Shown here one piece after another: positions 35,485 to 45,254 of a stretch of 53,217 bases of DNA. The translations under genes and the position numbers were made by a program. Positions within the stretch are counted from its first letter, which is position 1. Every line of letters starts with the position of its first letter. This stretch comes from Candidatus Poseidoniaceae archaeon (GTDB lineage: Archaea > Thermoplasmatota > Poseidoniia > Poseidoniales > Poseidoniaceae): the NCBI GenBank assembly GCA_023254445.1, contig JALRLN010000002.1, positions 1 to 53,217 of the forward strand. Direction: 5' to 3'. The notes beneath the pieces are model-generated. The model was not told the DNA's origin. It searched no databases and saw only the letters and a list, made by a program, of their open reading frames with translations.

Positions 35485-37224
35485 ATGAGCAAGGAAGGAC
35501 AGATCTATCGAATCTCAGGCCCTGTGGTAACCGCCAAGGGCATGAGCGCTGCCATGTACGACGTCGTGCGCGTTGGAAACGAAGGACTGATGGGTGAAGT
35601 CATCGAACTTCACGGCGATCAGGCCGTCATTCAGGTGTACGAAGACACCTCAGGTATTCGCCCCGGCGAACCGGTGCTCAACACCGGTGAAACGCTCTCC
35701 GTGGCCCTCGGTCCCGGTCTGCTGACGCAGATTTACGACGGGATTCAGCGTCCCCTCCAGACGCTTGAGGAACAGATGGGCTTCTTCATCACCCGTGGTG
35801 TTGACGCGGACGCCTTTGACATGGAGAAGGTCTGGACCTTTGAGCCCGTGGCCTCTGTCGGCGACGCGGTCGAAGGTGGTCAAGTGATTGGCCACGTTCA
35901 GGAAACCGAGACCATCGTTCACAAGATCATGATGCCCCCTGGCACCTCGGGCACCATCAAGTCCATCGAAAGCGGCGACTTCAACGTAACACAGACGGTC
36001 GCCACCCTCGAAGACGGGACCGAGGTGCAGATGCTCCAGAAGTGGCCTGTCCGAAGCCCCCGTCCGTTCAAGACGAAGTACGCACCGGACACACCCCTCA
36101 TCACCGGAATGCGCATCCTTGACTTCCTGTTCCCACTCGCCAAGGGCGGTGCCGCCGGCATTCCTGGACCCTTCGGATCCGGCAAGACGGTGACGCAGCA
36201 ATCGCTTGCGAAGTACTCGGACGCCCAAATCGTCGTCTACATCGGCTGCGGTGAGCGCGGCAACGAGATGACCGAAGTGCTGGACGAGTTCCCTCACCTC
36301 ATCGACCCCAACACAGGGAAGCCGCTCATGAACCGGACCGTCATGATCGCCAACACCTCGAACATGCCTGTCGCTGCCCGTGAAGCCTCGGTGTACACCG
36401 GCATCACCATCGCGGAATACTTCCGTGACATGGGCTACGACGTTGCCCTCATGGCCGACTCGACCTCGCGTTGGGCCGAAGCCATGCGTGAGATTTCGTC
36501 TCGTCTTGAGGAGATGCCCGGTGAAGAAGGGTACCCCGCGTACCTCTCCTCCCGCATCGCTGAATTCTACGAGCGCGCTGGCCGTGTCAACACCTTGTCC
36601 GGCGACGACGGCTCGGTGACCGCCATCGGCGCAGTGTCGCCTCCCGGCGGTGACATTTCTGAACCCGTCAGCCAAGGTACCCTCCGCATTGTCAAGGTGT
36701 TCTGGGGCCTCGACGCTGGCCTCGCTCGACAGCGGCACTTCCCCGCCATCAACTGGCTGACGTCGTACTCCCTGTACCCTCCCTCGCTCGACCAGTGGTA
36801 CCGCGACAACATCAACCAGGACTTCCCAGAGATCCGCACGGCCATTTCTGGCCTGCTGCAGGTCGAGGCCGAACTCCAAGAAATCGTGCAACTCGTCGGC
36901 TCCGACGCCCTGCCGGTGGATCAGCAACTCACGCTTGAAGTGGCCCGCATGATCCGCGAGTACTTCCTCCAGCAGAACGGCTTCGACCCCGTGGATGCGT
37001 ATTGTGACATCAACCTCCAGTACCAAATGGCGAAGGCCGTGCTGTCCTTCCAAGACGCTGCCAAGGCGGCCATGGCCGCGGGTGCAGCGCTGAACGACGT
37101 GGTCAACGTCCCCGCCCGATCTGCGCTTCTGCGTGGTCGCTTTGAACAAGGGTACGTGGACCGCATCGACGACATGGTCAAGGCGATGGTGGCGGAAATC
37201 GAAGCCACCGTGGAGGAGAACTGA
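35485..37224 (+). CDS. atpA: A-type ATP synthase catalytic subunit A
   Basis: GGAGG (35473-35477) precedes ATG 35485. Motifs [18 protein letters not shown] (Walker A) and PSLDQWY. No intein. Confidence 0.96.
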   Translation: MSKEGQIYRISGPVVTAKGMSAAMYDVVRVGNEGLMGEVIELHGDQAVIQVYEDTSGIRPGEPVLNTGETLSVALGPGLLTQIYDGIQRPLQTLEEQMGFFITRGVDADAFDMEKVWTFEPVASVGDAVEGGQVIGHVQETETIVHKIMMPPGTSGTIKSIESGDFNVTQTVATLEDGTEVQMLQKWPVRSPRPFKTKYAPDTPLITGMRILDFLFPLAKGGAAGIPGPFGSGKTVTQQSLAKYSDAQIVVYIGCGERGNEMTEVLDEFPHLIDPNTGKPLMNRTVMIANTSNMPVAAREASVYTGITIAEYFRDMGYDVALMADSTSRWAEAMREISSRLEEMPGEEGYPAYLSSRIAEFYERAGRVNTLSGDDGSVTAIGAVSPPGGDISEPVSQGTLRIVKVFWGLDAGLARQRHFPAINWLTSYSLYPPSLDQWYRDNINQDFPEIRTAISGLLQVEAELQEIVQLVGSDALPVDQQLTLEVARMIREYFLQQNGFDPVDAYCDINLQYQMAKAVLSFQDAAKAAMAAGAALNDVVNVPARSALLRGRFEQGYVDRIDDMVKAMVAEIEATVEEN

Positions 37225-37236
37225 GGAGGGATCATC

Positions 37237-38616
37237 ATGGCAGGCAAGGAATACCGAACCATCACCGACGTCAAGGGACCGCTTGTGTTCCTGAACAAGA
37301 CCGAACCCGTTGCGTACGGGGAGATCGTCTCCCTGCGGCTCTCCAACGGGGACATCAAGAACGGGCAAGTGCTCGACACCTCCGACGACATGGTCGTTGT
37401 TCAGGTGTTCGAAGGCACCGCCAAGGTCGACCGCGAAGCGGGCGTCACCTTCCTTGGTGACGTGTTCAAGCTCCCCGTCAGCACCGACCTCGTCGGGCGC
37501 ATTCTCGACGGTGCTGGGCGACCCCGAGACGGTGGCCCTGAGATCGTTGCTGACGAAAAGGCGGACATCATCGGTGCGGCCATCAACCCCTACAGCCGGC
37601 AGAGCCCGCACGACTTCATTCAGACCGGCATTTCGGCCATCGACTGCTGCACCACCCTTGTTCGCGGACAGAAACTTCCGATTTTCTCCGCTTCGGGTCT
37701 GCCCCACAACGACATCGCCTTGCAGATCGCCCGTCAGGCCAAGCTCAAGGACTCCGATGAGGAATTCATCGTGGTCTTCTGCGCCATGGGCATCACCGCT
37801 GAAGAATACAACTTCTTCCGTTCCGACCTTGAGCGCACCGGTGCGCTCGAGAACGCCGTGCTGTTCGTCAACCTCGCCGACGACCCGGCGGTCGAGCGGA
37901 TCATTACCCCGCGTCTCGCCCTGACCGCAGCGGAATACCTCGCGTTTGAGCAGGACTACCACGTGCTCGTCATCTACACGGACATGACGAACTACTGCGA
38001 CGCCCTTCGCCAAATCGGCGCAGCGCGTGAGGAAGTTCCCGGACGGCGTGGGTACCCCGGTTACATGTACACGGACCTGGCGATGCTCTACGAGCGCGCA
38101 GGCATCGTCAAGGGCAAGAAGGGGTCCATCACCCAGTTCCCCATCCTGACCATGCCCGGTGACGACATCACGCACCCCATCCCCGACCTTTCCGGTTACA
38201 TCACCGAAGGCCAGATCGTGATTTCGCGTGAACTCCACCAGCAGGGCATCTACCCGCCCATCAACGTGCTTCCCTCGCTCTCCCGGCTCATGGGATCGTG
38301 CATCGGCGCAAAGACGACGCGAGACGACCACAAGAAGGTCAGCGACCAAATGTACGCTGCGTACGCTCAAGGTCGAGAACTGCGTGGTCTCGTGGCCATC
38401 GTTGGTGAGGACGCCCTCAACGAGCGTGACAAGCAACTCTTGGACTTCTCCGGCGTCTTTGAGGACCGTTTCCTCCGGCAGAGCCGTGACGAAGACCGCA
38501 CCATCGACAACACGCTGGATTTGTGCTGGGAACTGATGTCGAGCATCGACACGAAGTACCTCGTCCGTCTTGACGACGAACTGATCGCAAAGTACCACCC
38601 CGACAACAGGTCCTGA
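37237..38616 (+). CDS. atpB: A-type ATP synthase subunit B
   Basis: Full-length match to the non-catalytic B subunit ([33 protein letters not shown]). Confidence 0.96.
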   Translation: MAGKEYRTITDVKGPLVFLNKTEPVAYGEIVSLRLSNGDIKNGQVLDTSDDMVVVQVFEGTAKVDREAGVTFLGDVFKLPVSTDLVGRILDGAGRPRDGGPEIVADEKADIIGAAINPYSRQSPHDFIQTGISAIDCCTTLVRGQKLPIFSASGLPHNDIALQIARQAKLKDSDEEFIVVFCAMGITAEEYNFFRSDLERTGALENAVLFVNLADDPAVERIITPRLALTAAEYLAFEQDYHVLVIYTDMTNYCDALRQIGAAREEVPGRRGYPGYMYTDLAMLYERAGIVKGKKGSITQFPILTMPGDDITHPIPDLSGYITEGQIVISRELHQQGIYPPINVLPSLSRLMGSCIGAKTTRDDHKKVSDQMYAAYAQGRELRGLVAIVGEDALNERDKQLLDFSGVFEDRFLRQSRDEDRTIDNTLDLCWELMSSIDTKYLVRLDDELIAKYHPDNRS

Positions 38617-38631
38617 GACGGAGGCATACCC

Positions 38632-39249
38632 ATGGCGCTCGACATCAAGCCGACCCGAAGCGAGCTCATCAAGCTCAAAGGGCGGATCAAGCAGACCCGA
38701 AACGGGTACAAACTGCTGAAGATGAAGCGTGACGGTCTGTTCCATGAATTCCGAACCCTGTTGACGGAGATGATTGCGGCAAAGCAAGAATTGACCGAAG
38801 CCTATCGCCTTGCCAAAACCCGCATTGACCTCGCAAACGCCATCGAAGGTGGCTTGGCGGTTCGTGCTGCGGCGATCGCGAACTCGGCCCACCCTGAGGT
38901 GGAGGTCGAACGGCGGAACATCATGGGCGTCGTGGTGCCCAACGTGAGCGGGACCAACCTCCGTTCCACGTTTGAAGAGCGTGGCATTGGTTTCATCGGC
39001 TCCAGCCCGTACATCGACGAAGCCAGCGATGCGTTCGGTGACCTGATCGAGAAGATGGTCAAGGCTGCTGAAATGGAAGCCACGTTGAAGCGTCTTCTGG
39101 AGGAGATTGAAGCGACCAAGCGGCGTGTGAACGCGCTCGAGTTCAAGGTGATTCCAGAACTCGAAGAAGCGAAGGTCTTCATCCAACTTCGTCTCGAGGA
39201 GATGGAGCGCGAAGAGACCTTCCGCCTCAAGCGCTTCAAGAACAAGTGA
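38632..39249 (+). CDS. atpD: A-type ATP synthase subunit D (central stalk)
   Basis: IKPTRSELIKLKGRIK N-terminus and a coiled-coil C-terminus, in last operon position. Confidence 0.9.
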   Translation: MALDIKPTRSELIKLKGRIKQTRNGYKLLKMKRDGLFHEFRTLLTEMIAAKQELTEAYRLAKTRIDLANAIEGGLAVRAAAIANSAHPEVEVERRNIMGVVVPNVSGTNLRSTFEERGIGFIGSSPYIDEASDAFGDLIEKMVKAAEMEATLKRLLEEIEATKRRVNALEFKVIPELEEAKVFIQLRLEEMEREETFRLKRFKNK

Positions 39250-39322
39250 GCAGGCTCCAGCCCACGGTGCTGGGGGTTGTTTCAAGTCCGAGCCCGAGCG
39301 AGCAACGGTTGGGGTGGCCTGC

Positions 39323-41806
39323 ATGACGGACGACGACGTGGTCCGCTTCGAGGACGACGCCCCCGATGCACTTGCCGTGCACCGTCGAGCATGGTCGCAG
39401 GCTGACCTCCTCGAGCACGTGATGCTTCGGCACCTGCCACTCGGGGCGCGCCTGAACGACCGGCCGCCAGCGTGGGAGGTGAACGAATCCCCGGACGCCA
39501 CGACGTCTTCGGCGCTTCGTCGCCTCAACGACGACCTCGCCCCTCTTGGATGGATGGCACGGCTTCACGACGGCCGTCCCGCCGTGGTGCACGCCATTCC
39601 ACGCCCACGTGGGCAGTTCACCGGTCTCGGGTGGCGGGCTGTGCTCTGGTCGGTGTCCGTGCTCACCCTGACCCTCGCGAGCCTCGTTGGTACGGCCGCT
39701 TCGCGGCCGGAAGGCGGATACGTGTCCTCATCGGCCTTTGTTGACGCCTTCCTGCTGACGACCATGCCAGCCGTCGCCTTGCTCGCCGTTGCTTCGATCG
39801 TGCAGGTGCGACTCGCTGCCCGATTTGGGGTGCGGGTTGGGCCGATTGTCCCGGTACCGGACCCGTCCATCCTGTTGTGGACGCTTGGCCTTGTTCCCGT
39901 CACGTGGCTGGTGTGGCCCTTCGGCATCCTTGTGATTCCGACGCTTCCTCGCATGGACGCCCGTCCTTGGCCCGACCGGCAAAGCCTGGGTTGGACCTCC
40001 CTCAGTGCCCCTGTGGTCCTCATTGTTGGTGGGTTGTCCCTTTGGATGGCCGGTTGGTTGCTCACCCCCGAGGCCAGTTCAGTGACCTCAGCAACGGTGA
40101 GTCACGACGCGGGATGGTTGCTCGTCATGCTCGATGGTCTCCTTCGGACGGACCTCGCTGTTCGCGCCGCTTGGGCACATCCGCTCGTTTGGGCGGGTGC
40201 GACCACGGTCTTCCTTGCGTGGGTTTCCCTGCTTCACGTGCCGACCTTCCCCGGGGGACGACTCCACGTCGCGCGGCTTGGGACGATGGAGGTGCGCAAC
40301 ACACAAACCCAGGTGTTGTTGTTGGTGGCCTTCGCGTTCGGAGCGGTGCTGTTTGACGTGTTCTCAAGTTTCTCGGTGTGGAGCCTCGTCTTGCCCGTGG
40401 TCCTCATGCTGACCTTGCTGATGGGGGCCGATCAGCGGTGGCCTGTGGTGCTCGATGAAACGCGGCCCGTCGAGGAGCGTCAGCACATGTGGATGGGCCT
40501 CATCTGGGTGGTGTTGCTGCTCCTCGCGTTGCCGTCCGAAACACCCTTGCTGGCGCACGAGGATTGGGACGCTTCTGTTGAGGGAGCCATCGAGGGTGAA
40601 GCGTTGGCCGCTCTCGACGGTGAAACGTGGAACCTGTCGCTCACCGTCGTCATCGACAACCCATCGCTGCTTGATCGCCGAGTCGCCTTGACGGCGTCGA
40701 TGCCAACGGGATGGGAGGCGTCGTGGAACAACTGCATGGACGGCTCCACGTGCACCGTTAACGTCGATGCTGGGCGAAGCAAGGAAATTCACCTCTCCGC
40801 CATATGGTCCGGAGATGGCTCACCCGCTTCGGGCTTCATCCAGTTCCTTGGATTGCCTAACTTGGTTGACGTGCCCTTGGAGGTCGACCTCGATGCTGTC
40901 CCCGTCAACGGAACATGGACGCTTGAACGCGATACGCTCGGCGCGATGCTCTGCGCCGAAGTGCGGATGGCGGCAGATGCACCGCCTGCAAACCTCACGT
41001 TCACCGACCCATCGTACGCATCGAACCTCTTGTGGTGGTCGGGGACGGGTGGTGTCAGCACCATGGTTGAGGATTCTGGACCGGCTTGCCTTCGGTCCGC
41101 TGACCCCATGCTCCTTCGTCACCTTCCTCCGTCCGGCATCGTCCTGAACGGCAGCCGCTTCAACCTGCAGCCGCCGGTGGTGACGTCCCGTTTGAGCATG
41201 GACGGAAACGGATGGAACGTCACGTCGGCGGGGTGGGGTGCTGGACTCGACGCTGGGGGGACGCTCCACCTCGACGGCGACACGTGCCCTTCGGCCGAAG
41301 CGCCAATCAGCACCCCTCCTCACGGAGAGGACGGATGGGTGTGGGACCTTGGGGTACGTGATGCGGGAGCCCTTCCTGTCATCGCCGACGGTGAACAGTT
41401 GGTGCTCCGCACCCCTGCCACAGGCCATCTGCTCCATTGCCCGATCGACGGCTCAACGGCCGTCGTTCACACGCTTGAACCCGGACCCGATGTGGTGCTC
41501 TTTACCCCGGAGATCGAGCGTTCGTGGATTGGCTTTGGAGCCGTGCTTGTGGATGGCGTCGTGCTGCACGGTCCTGACCTGGGTACAAACGGGACGCTCT
41601 TGCTCTCCCTTCAGGTCGAAGCGGACACCCCCTTTGTCGTTGAGGTGCTTGGCGATGGCGTTGGATGGTCCATCGAAGCCAATGCAACGCTCGTCGCTGG
41701 ACAGCATGAGATGTGGCTTCACCCACCGATGGAAGGAACCGCCAGCGTTGTCTTGGACCATGTTGACGGCAGGATGGTGTTGAGGGCCTCGTCCATGGAG
41801 GCCTGA
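39323..41806 (+). CDS. Polytopic membrane protein resembling a zinc-ligand-less site-2 protease (M50-like), with a C-terminal extracellular domain of about 480 aa
   Basis: ATG 39323 (GTG 39314 also possible). The N-terminal cytoplasmic module (ALRRLNDDLAPLGWMARLHDGRPAVVHAIPRP), TM core and spacing recall archaeal M50 proteins. However, ASIVQVRLAARFGVRVGPIVPVP stands where HExxH...GV..slPyfiP is expected, and LLHVPTFPGGRL where NLLPxxPLDGG is expected. The C-terminal half is sequon-rich. Confidence 0.5.
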   Translation: MTDDDVVRFEDDAPDALAVHRRAWSQADLLEHVMLRHLPLGARLNDRPPAWEVNESPDATTSSALRRLNDDLAPLGWMARLHDGRPAVVHAIPRPRGQFTGLGWRAVLWSVSVLTLTLASLVGTAASRPEGGYVSSSAFVDAFLLTTMPAVALLAVASIVQVRLAARFGVRVGPIVPVPDPSILLWTLGLVPVTWLVWPFGILVIPTLPRMDARPWPDRQSLGWTSLSAPVVLIVGGLSLWMAGWLLTPEASSVTSATVSHDAGWLLVMLDGLLRTDLAVRAAWAHPLVWAGATTVFLAWVSLLHVPTFPGGRLHVARLGTMEVRNTQTQVLLLVAFAFGAVLFDVFSSFSVWSLVLPVVLMLTLLMGADQRWPVVLDETRPVEERQHMWMGLIWVVLLLLALPSETPLLAHEDWDASVEGAIEGEALAALDGETWNLSLTVVIDNPSLLDRRVALTASMPTGWEASWNNCMDGSTCTVNVDAGRSKEIHLSAIWSGDGSPASGFIQFLGLPNLVDVPLEVDLDAVPVNGTWTLERDTLGAMLCAEVRMAADAPPANLTFTDPSYASNLLWWSGTGGVSTMVEDSGPACLRSADPMLLRHLPPSGIVLNGSRFNLQPPVVTSRLSMDGNGWNVTSAGWGAGLDAGGTLHLDGDTCPSAEAPISTPPHGEDGWVWDLGVRDAGALPVIADGEQLVLRTPATGHLLHCPIDGSTAVVHTLEPGPDVVLFTPEIERSWIGFGAVLVDGVVLHGPDLGTNGTLLLSLQVEADTPFVVEVLGDGVGWSIEANATLVAGQHEMWLHPPMEGTASVVLDHVDGRMVLRASSMEA

Positions 41807-41809
41807 CAC

Positions 41810-42751
41810 GTGCGCATCGGCATCGTTGGTTTAGGAGCGATCGGTGGCCTGATGGCCACCGCCCTTGCACCTCATGCTGAGGTGCATGTGTTCGCTCGTG
41901 GCCCACGGGGGGTGCACGCCGTGGCAGAAGGCCTTGTGCTGGAGGGCCTGTTCGCACATCGTCTCCAGCCCGAGGACGTTACCGTTCACCTACCGGAGTT
42001 GGACCATCCCGCACCTTCGGGGCTGGACGTCGTGCTCTTGGCGGTGAAAGCACATCAGGTGGAAGCGGCGATGGAACGTGCCCTTCCCTCGCTCGTGAAC
42101 GAAGGCGTTGTGGCGTACCTTGGGAACGGCCTGGGTGTCGTCGAATCGCTGCAGAGGCATCACCCCGGGCGTGTCGTTGCCGTCACGTGCACCCATGGGG
42201 CGATGGTGGGTGAGGGGGCGAGCACCCGCTGGACGGGGCATGGCTCACTCATGCTTGGTTCGTGGCCTTCAGGGCCAGTGACACCTGCGATGATGGCGCT
42301 TGAAGCACTGCTGAAGCGGGCGAACCTCAACCCCGTCTGCGTCGAAAACGCACGTTCTCATGTCTGGCGCAAGGCCCTCCTGAACATCGCCATCAACCCC
42401 GTTTGCGCGCTTGCAGGGGTGGAGAACGGCATCATGCTGGAACGGCACGACTTGTTGGAAAGCGGTCTCGAACTGATGCGTGAAGCCATGGACGTTGGCC
42501 ATGCCCTTGGCATCGAGCAACCAAACCCAGTCGAGGCCGCGACCGACGTCATCGACGTCCTGACGGCGACAGCGACGAACCGCTGCTCGATGTTGGAAGA
42601 CGTCCGACGAGGGCGGCGAACGGAAATTGACGCCCTCAACGGCGCCGTGGTCGACCTCGGTGAGGAGGCGGGTGTGCCGACCCCGCGAAACGCACAGATC
42701 ACGGCCTTGGTGCGTGCCGTCGATGCAGATCACTCAAGGTCGGCGTTGTAG
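41810..42751 (+). CDS. panE: 2-dehydropantoate 2-reductase (ketopantoate reductase)
   Basis: GTG start 3 nt after the upstream stop. MRIGIVGLGAIGG Rossmann motif and KALLNIAINPVCALAGVENG. Confidence 0.85.
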   Translation: MRIGIVGLGAIGGLMATALAPHAEVHVFARGPRGVHAVAEGLVLEGLFAHRLQPEDVTVHLPELDHPAPSGLDVVLLAVKAHQVEAAMERALPSLVNEGVVAYLGNGLGVVESLQRHHPGRVVAVTCTHGAMVGEGASTRWTGHGSLMLGSWPSGPVTPAMMALEALLKRANLNPVCVENARSHVWRKALLNIAINPVCALAGVENGIMLERHDLLESGLELMREAMDVGHALGIEQPNPVEAATDVIDVLTATATNRCSMLEDVRRGRRTEIDALNGAVVDLGEEAGVPTPRNAQITALVRAVDADHSRSAL

Positions 42752-44316
42752 TGCAATCCGCGATTTTCGGTCCTTGACATCGCGTCGTCCACCACCAGAC
42801 GGCCGACGAGGACCATGTTGCGAAGTTCAACGAGGTCCCTCGTCGGTTTGCACCGCTGCCACGTGGCCTCCACTTCGTCTTCGAGGAGGTCCAACCTTCG
42901 GCGTGCACGGGCGAGCCGTCGTTGGCGACGCTGGATGCCCACCTCACGACCCATCGTGGAGCGCAGGGTGTGAAGGTCGTGCGCCAGCGCTCCGTGTTCT
43001 TCGAGCAGGCTCAGGCCATCCGCACGCCATGCGGGGACATGTTCAGGGTCATGGGTGTCAGGTGCTGCGAGGATGGCGTCGGCGGCTCGCTTTGCGAAGA
43101 CCACGGCTTCAAGCAGGCTGTTTGAAGCCAGCCGGTTTGCACCGTGCATGCCCGTTGAGGCCACCTCGCCGATGGCATACAACCCGGGGAGTGCTTCGCC
43201 CTGCGTGCCGATGGCCCGCCCGTCGGTGTCAACGTGCACGCCGCCTACCGTGTAATGGGCAGCAGGTCGGACCGGGAGGTGGTCCTCGCCGAGGGTCAAC
43301 CCCAAGTCGTCGAGCATGCTCTGTACGTACGGAAACCGTTCCTGGAGGGTGGCTGCATCGAGGTGTGCCGTGACCAACCAGACGTGCGGTCGACCGGACC
43401 GCTTCAACCTCGCATCGATGGCCCGTGCCACGATGTCCCTCGTGGCCAACGAGCCCAACGGGGAAGCGTCCAAGGTGAACGAAAAGGGAGCAGGGTCACC
43501 GCCCTTGTTTTGCCACGCTTCGAGGCCCTCGTCGTCGAGCAAGACAGCACCCTCGCCCCGCAGGGCTTCGGTAATGAGCAAGGTTCGTTGTGGATGCGCG
43601 ACGGTGGTTGGATGGAACTGAACGTAGGCCAGGTCCCGAACCGCGGCTCCGAACCGATGCGCCATCGCTAAGCCATCTCCCGTGGACACAGCAGGGTTTG
43701 TGGTCGGTTCCCACAATTGTCCCGCACCCCCGGTCGCCAGCACCACTGCGGACGTCTGGACGGTACGCACGGCGTTCTCGCCTTCGCGCTGAACCCAGAC
43801 CCCCGCGACGCCTTCTTCCGGGCGAGGGTGAACCCTCCGGATGAGGTCGATCACCACGGCGTCGCTCTCAACCGTGATCCTTGGGTGCGCCTCGGTCGCG
43901 GCGACGAGGGCCCGTTCGATCTCTCGACCTGTGGCGTCCTTCGCATGGAGGATGCGTCGAGCGCTATGGCCGCCCTCTTTGACCAAATGCCAATCCCCAT
44001 CTCCGTTCTCCTGGAACCGCACACCCAACTCCAGCAGGTCACGGATACGTTCGCCTGCTTCAAGGACAATCGAACGAACGACCTCCTCATCGCAGGCGCC
44101 GTCGCCAGCCGTGAGCGTGTCCTGAACATGGGCTTCGATGGCGCCCTTTTCGGTTCGGTCAAGGATGGCTGCGATGCCACCTTGAGCCCAATTGGTCGAC
44201 GAATCCTCGATGTTCCGCTTGGTGAGCACCAGCACATCGCGTCCTTGCTCGGCCAACCGCAGCGCGCAGAACAGGCCTGCGATGCCACTGCCAACAACCG
44301 CGACGGGGGGCTTCAC
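42730..44316 (-). CDS. nadB: L-aspartate oxidase
   Basis: VAVVGSGIAGLFCAL FAD motif, HYTVGGVHVD and a C-terminal helical domain. GTG 44316 (MKPPVAVVGSG) is preferred. GTG 44346 is possible. The listed start 44457 would overlap the divergent gene at 44397. Confidence 0.9.
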   Translation of the reverse strand: MKPPVAVVGSGIAGLFCALRLAEQGRDVLVLTKRNIEDSSTNWAQGGIAAILDRTEKGAIEAHVQDTLTAGDGACDEEVVRSIVLEAGERIRDLLELGVRFQENGDGDWHLVKEGGHSARRILHAKDATGREIERALVAATEAHPRITVESDAVVIDLIRRVHPRPEEGVAGVWVQREGENAVRTVQTSAVVLATGGAGQLWEPTTNPAVSTGDGLAMAHRFGAAVRDLAYVQFHPTTVAHPQRTLLITEALRGEGAVLLDDEGLEAWQNKGGDPAPFSFTLDASPLGSLATRDIVARAIDARLKRSGRPHVWLVTAHLDAATLQERFPYVQSMLDDLGLTLGEDHLPVRPAAHYTVGGVHVDTDGRAIGTQGEALPGLYAIGEVASTGMHGANRLASNSLLEAVVFAKRAADAILAAPDTHDPEHVPAWRADGLSLLEEHGALAHDLHTLRSTMGREVGIQRRQRRLARARRRLDLLEDEVEATWQRCKPTRDLVELRNMVLVGRLVVDDAMSRTENRGLHYNADLE

Positions 44317-44396
44317 GCTACGCGACGGGGCCCACCGCCCTTTCACCGCATCGGCGTCGCCGACGGGTTGATGTTCGCGGCCGAAAGAGCACCGGC

Positions 44397-45134
44397 ATGG
44401 CGAGCAAGCGGCGCGTCCTGGGGCTCGCCCTCGGCCTCGGCTTGTTCGCCTTCGCATGGCTCAATGTGGAGCAAGGTTCGGTGGCCCCGGCCCTCATCGA
44501 TGGCGCCCCCGTGGCGAAGTTGGACATCATCCGCATGTCGGACCCCGGGTGCAGCAGTCCATCGATTGAAGGGCACCTCGAGTCCTTCGGTCAGAGCCAC
44601 TGTCTTGGCGAGGTGGGGGCCTGGTCAGGTGCAGACATGATGATGGTCGCGGAAGCGTGTTTGATCGTGCTGGCCGGGGTTGTTCGAATGCCACGCTCAC
44701 CGGGGTTGGCGCGGCGCCTTCGTCGAGCGATGTTCGCCACCGGCGCCACCTTGTTTGGCGTGGCCATCCTGGATCGACTCACGTTGCTCCCCGCATCGAT
44801 GGCTTCGGACGTGGTTGTGGAGATGGTCCCCTTCGTCAACCACGGGTGGCTGCTGCAACTGCTGGTCGCTTTCGTTGGCGTGATGCTCATGCGTGGTCCA
44901 AAGTACCTCGAGTCCGAATTTTCGGAAGCCCAACGAACGCGAAGGGAACGCGTGACGACGAACCGTGAAGCCTTCGTCAAGGTGCACCGCTCGTCATCGT
45001 CGACCCCCGTCAGCCGACTCGCGCGGGCGCCGACAAGGCCACGGATGACGTCGTCGAGCCCTCTGGTGCGAGCCACCTGCCCCTTCTGCGTCGGGGCCGG
45101 TTGTGAGCGCTGCGACAGCCTCGGGACCCTGTGA
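44397..45134 (+). CDS. Membrane protein (about 4 TM) with C-terminal CxxCxGxG zinc-finger-like tail
   Basis: Hydrophobic helices (LGLALGLGLFAFAWL, MMMVAEACLIVLAGVV, ATGATLFGVAIL, WLLQLLVAFVGVMLM). An S/R/T-rich linker is followed by the terminal CPFCVGAGCERCDSLG. Confidence 0.6.
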   Translation: MASKRRVLGLALGLGLFAFAWLNVEQGSVAPALIDGAPVAKLDIIRMSDPGCSSPSIEGHLESFGQSHCLGEVGAWSGADMMMVAEACLIVLAGVVRMPRSPGLARRLRRAMFATGATLFGVAILDRLTLLPASMASDVVVEMVPFVNHGWLLQLLVAFVGVMLMRGPKYLESEFSEAQRTRRERVTTNREAFVKVHRSSSSTPVSRLARAPTRPRMTSSSPLVRATCPFCVGAGCERCDSLGTL

Positions 45135-45254
45135 GTCGGCGTTGCGCAAAGCACGGAGGAACGACGGCCTCGCTGTCCCCCGTTCTCGATGTCTTTAAGT
45201 CCCCTCGTTCACGCTGTTCACGTATGGCTTCCCTCGGGGAGTCGGAGGGATGGG

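Noticed and set aside
35650-39528. 1292-aa minus-strand ORF spanning the antisense of atpA, atpB and atpD
   Set aside because: It lies exactly opposite three genes with unmistakable ATP-synthase motifs. Its translation is R/G/V/H/D-rich with no motif or hydrophobic structure. Long stop-free antisense frames are expected in GC-rich coding DNA.
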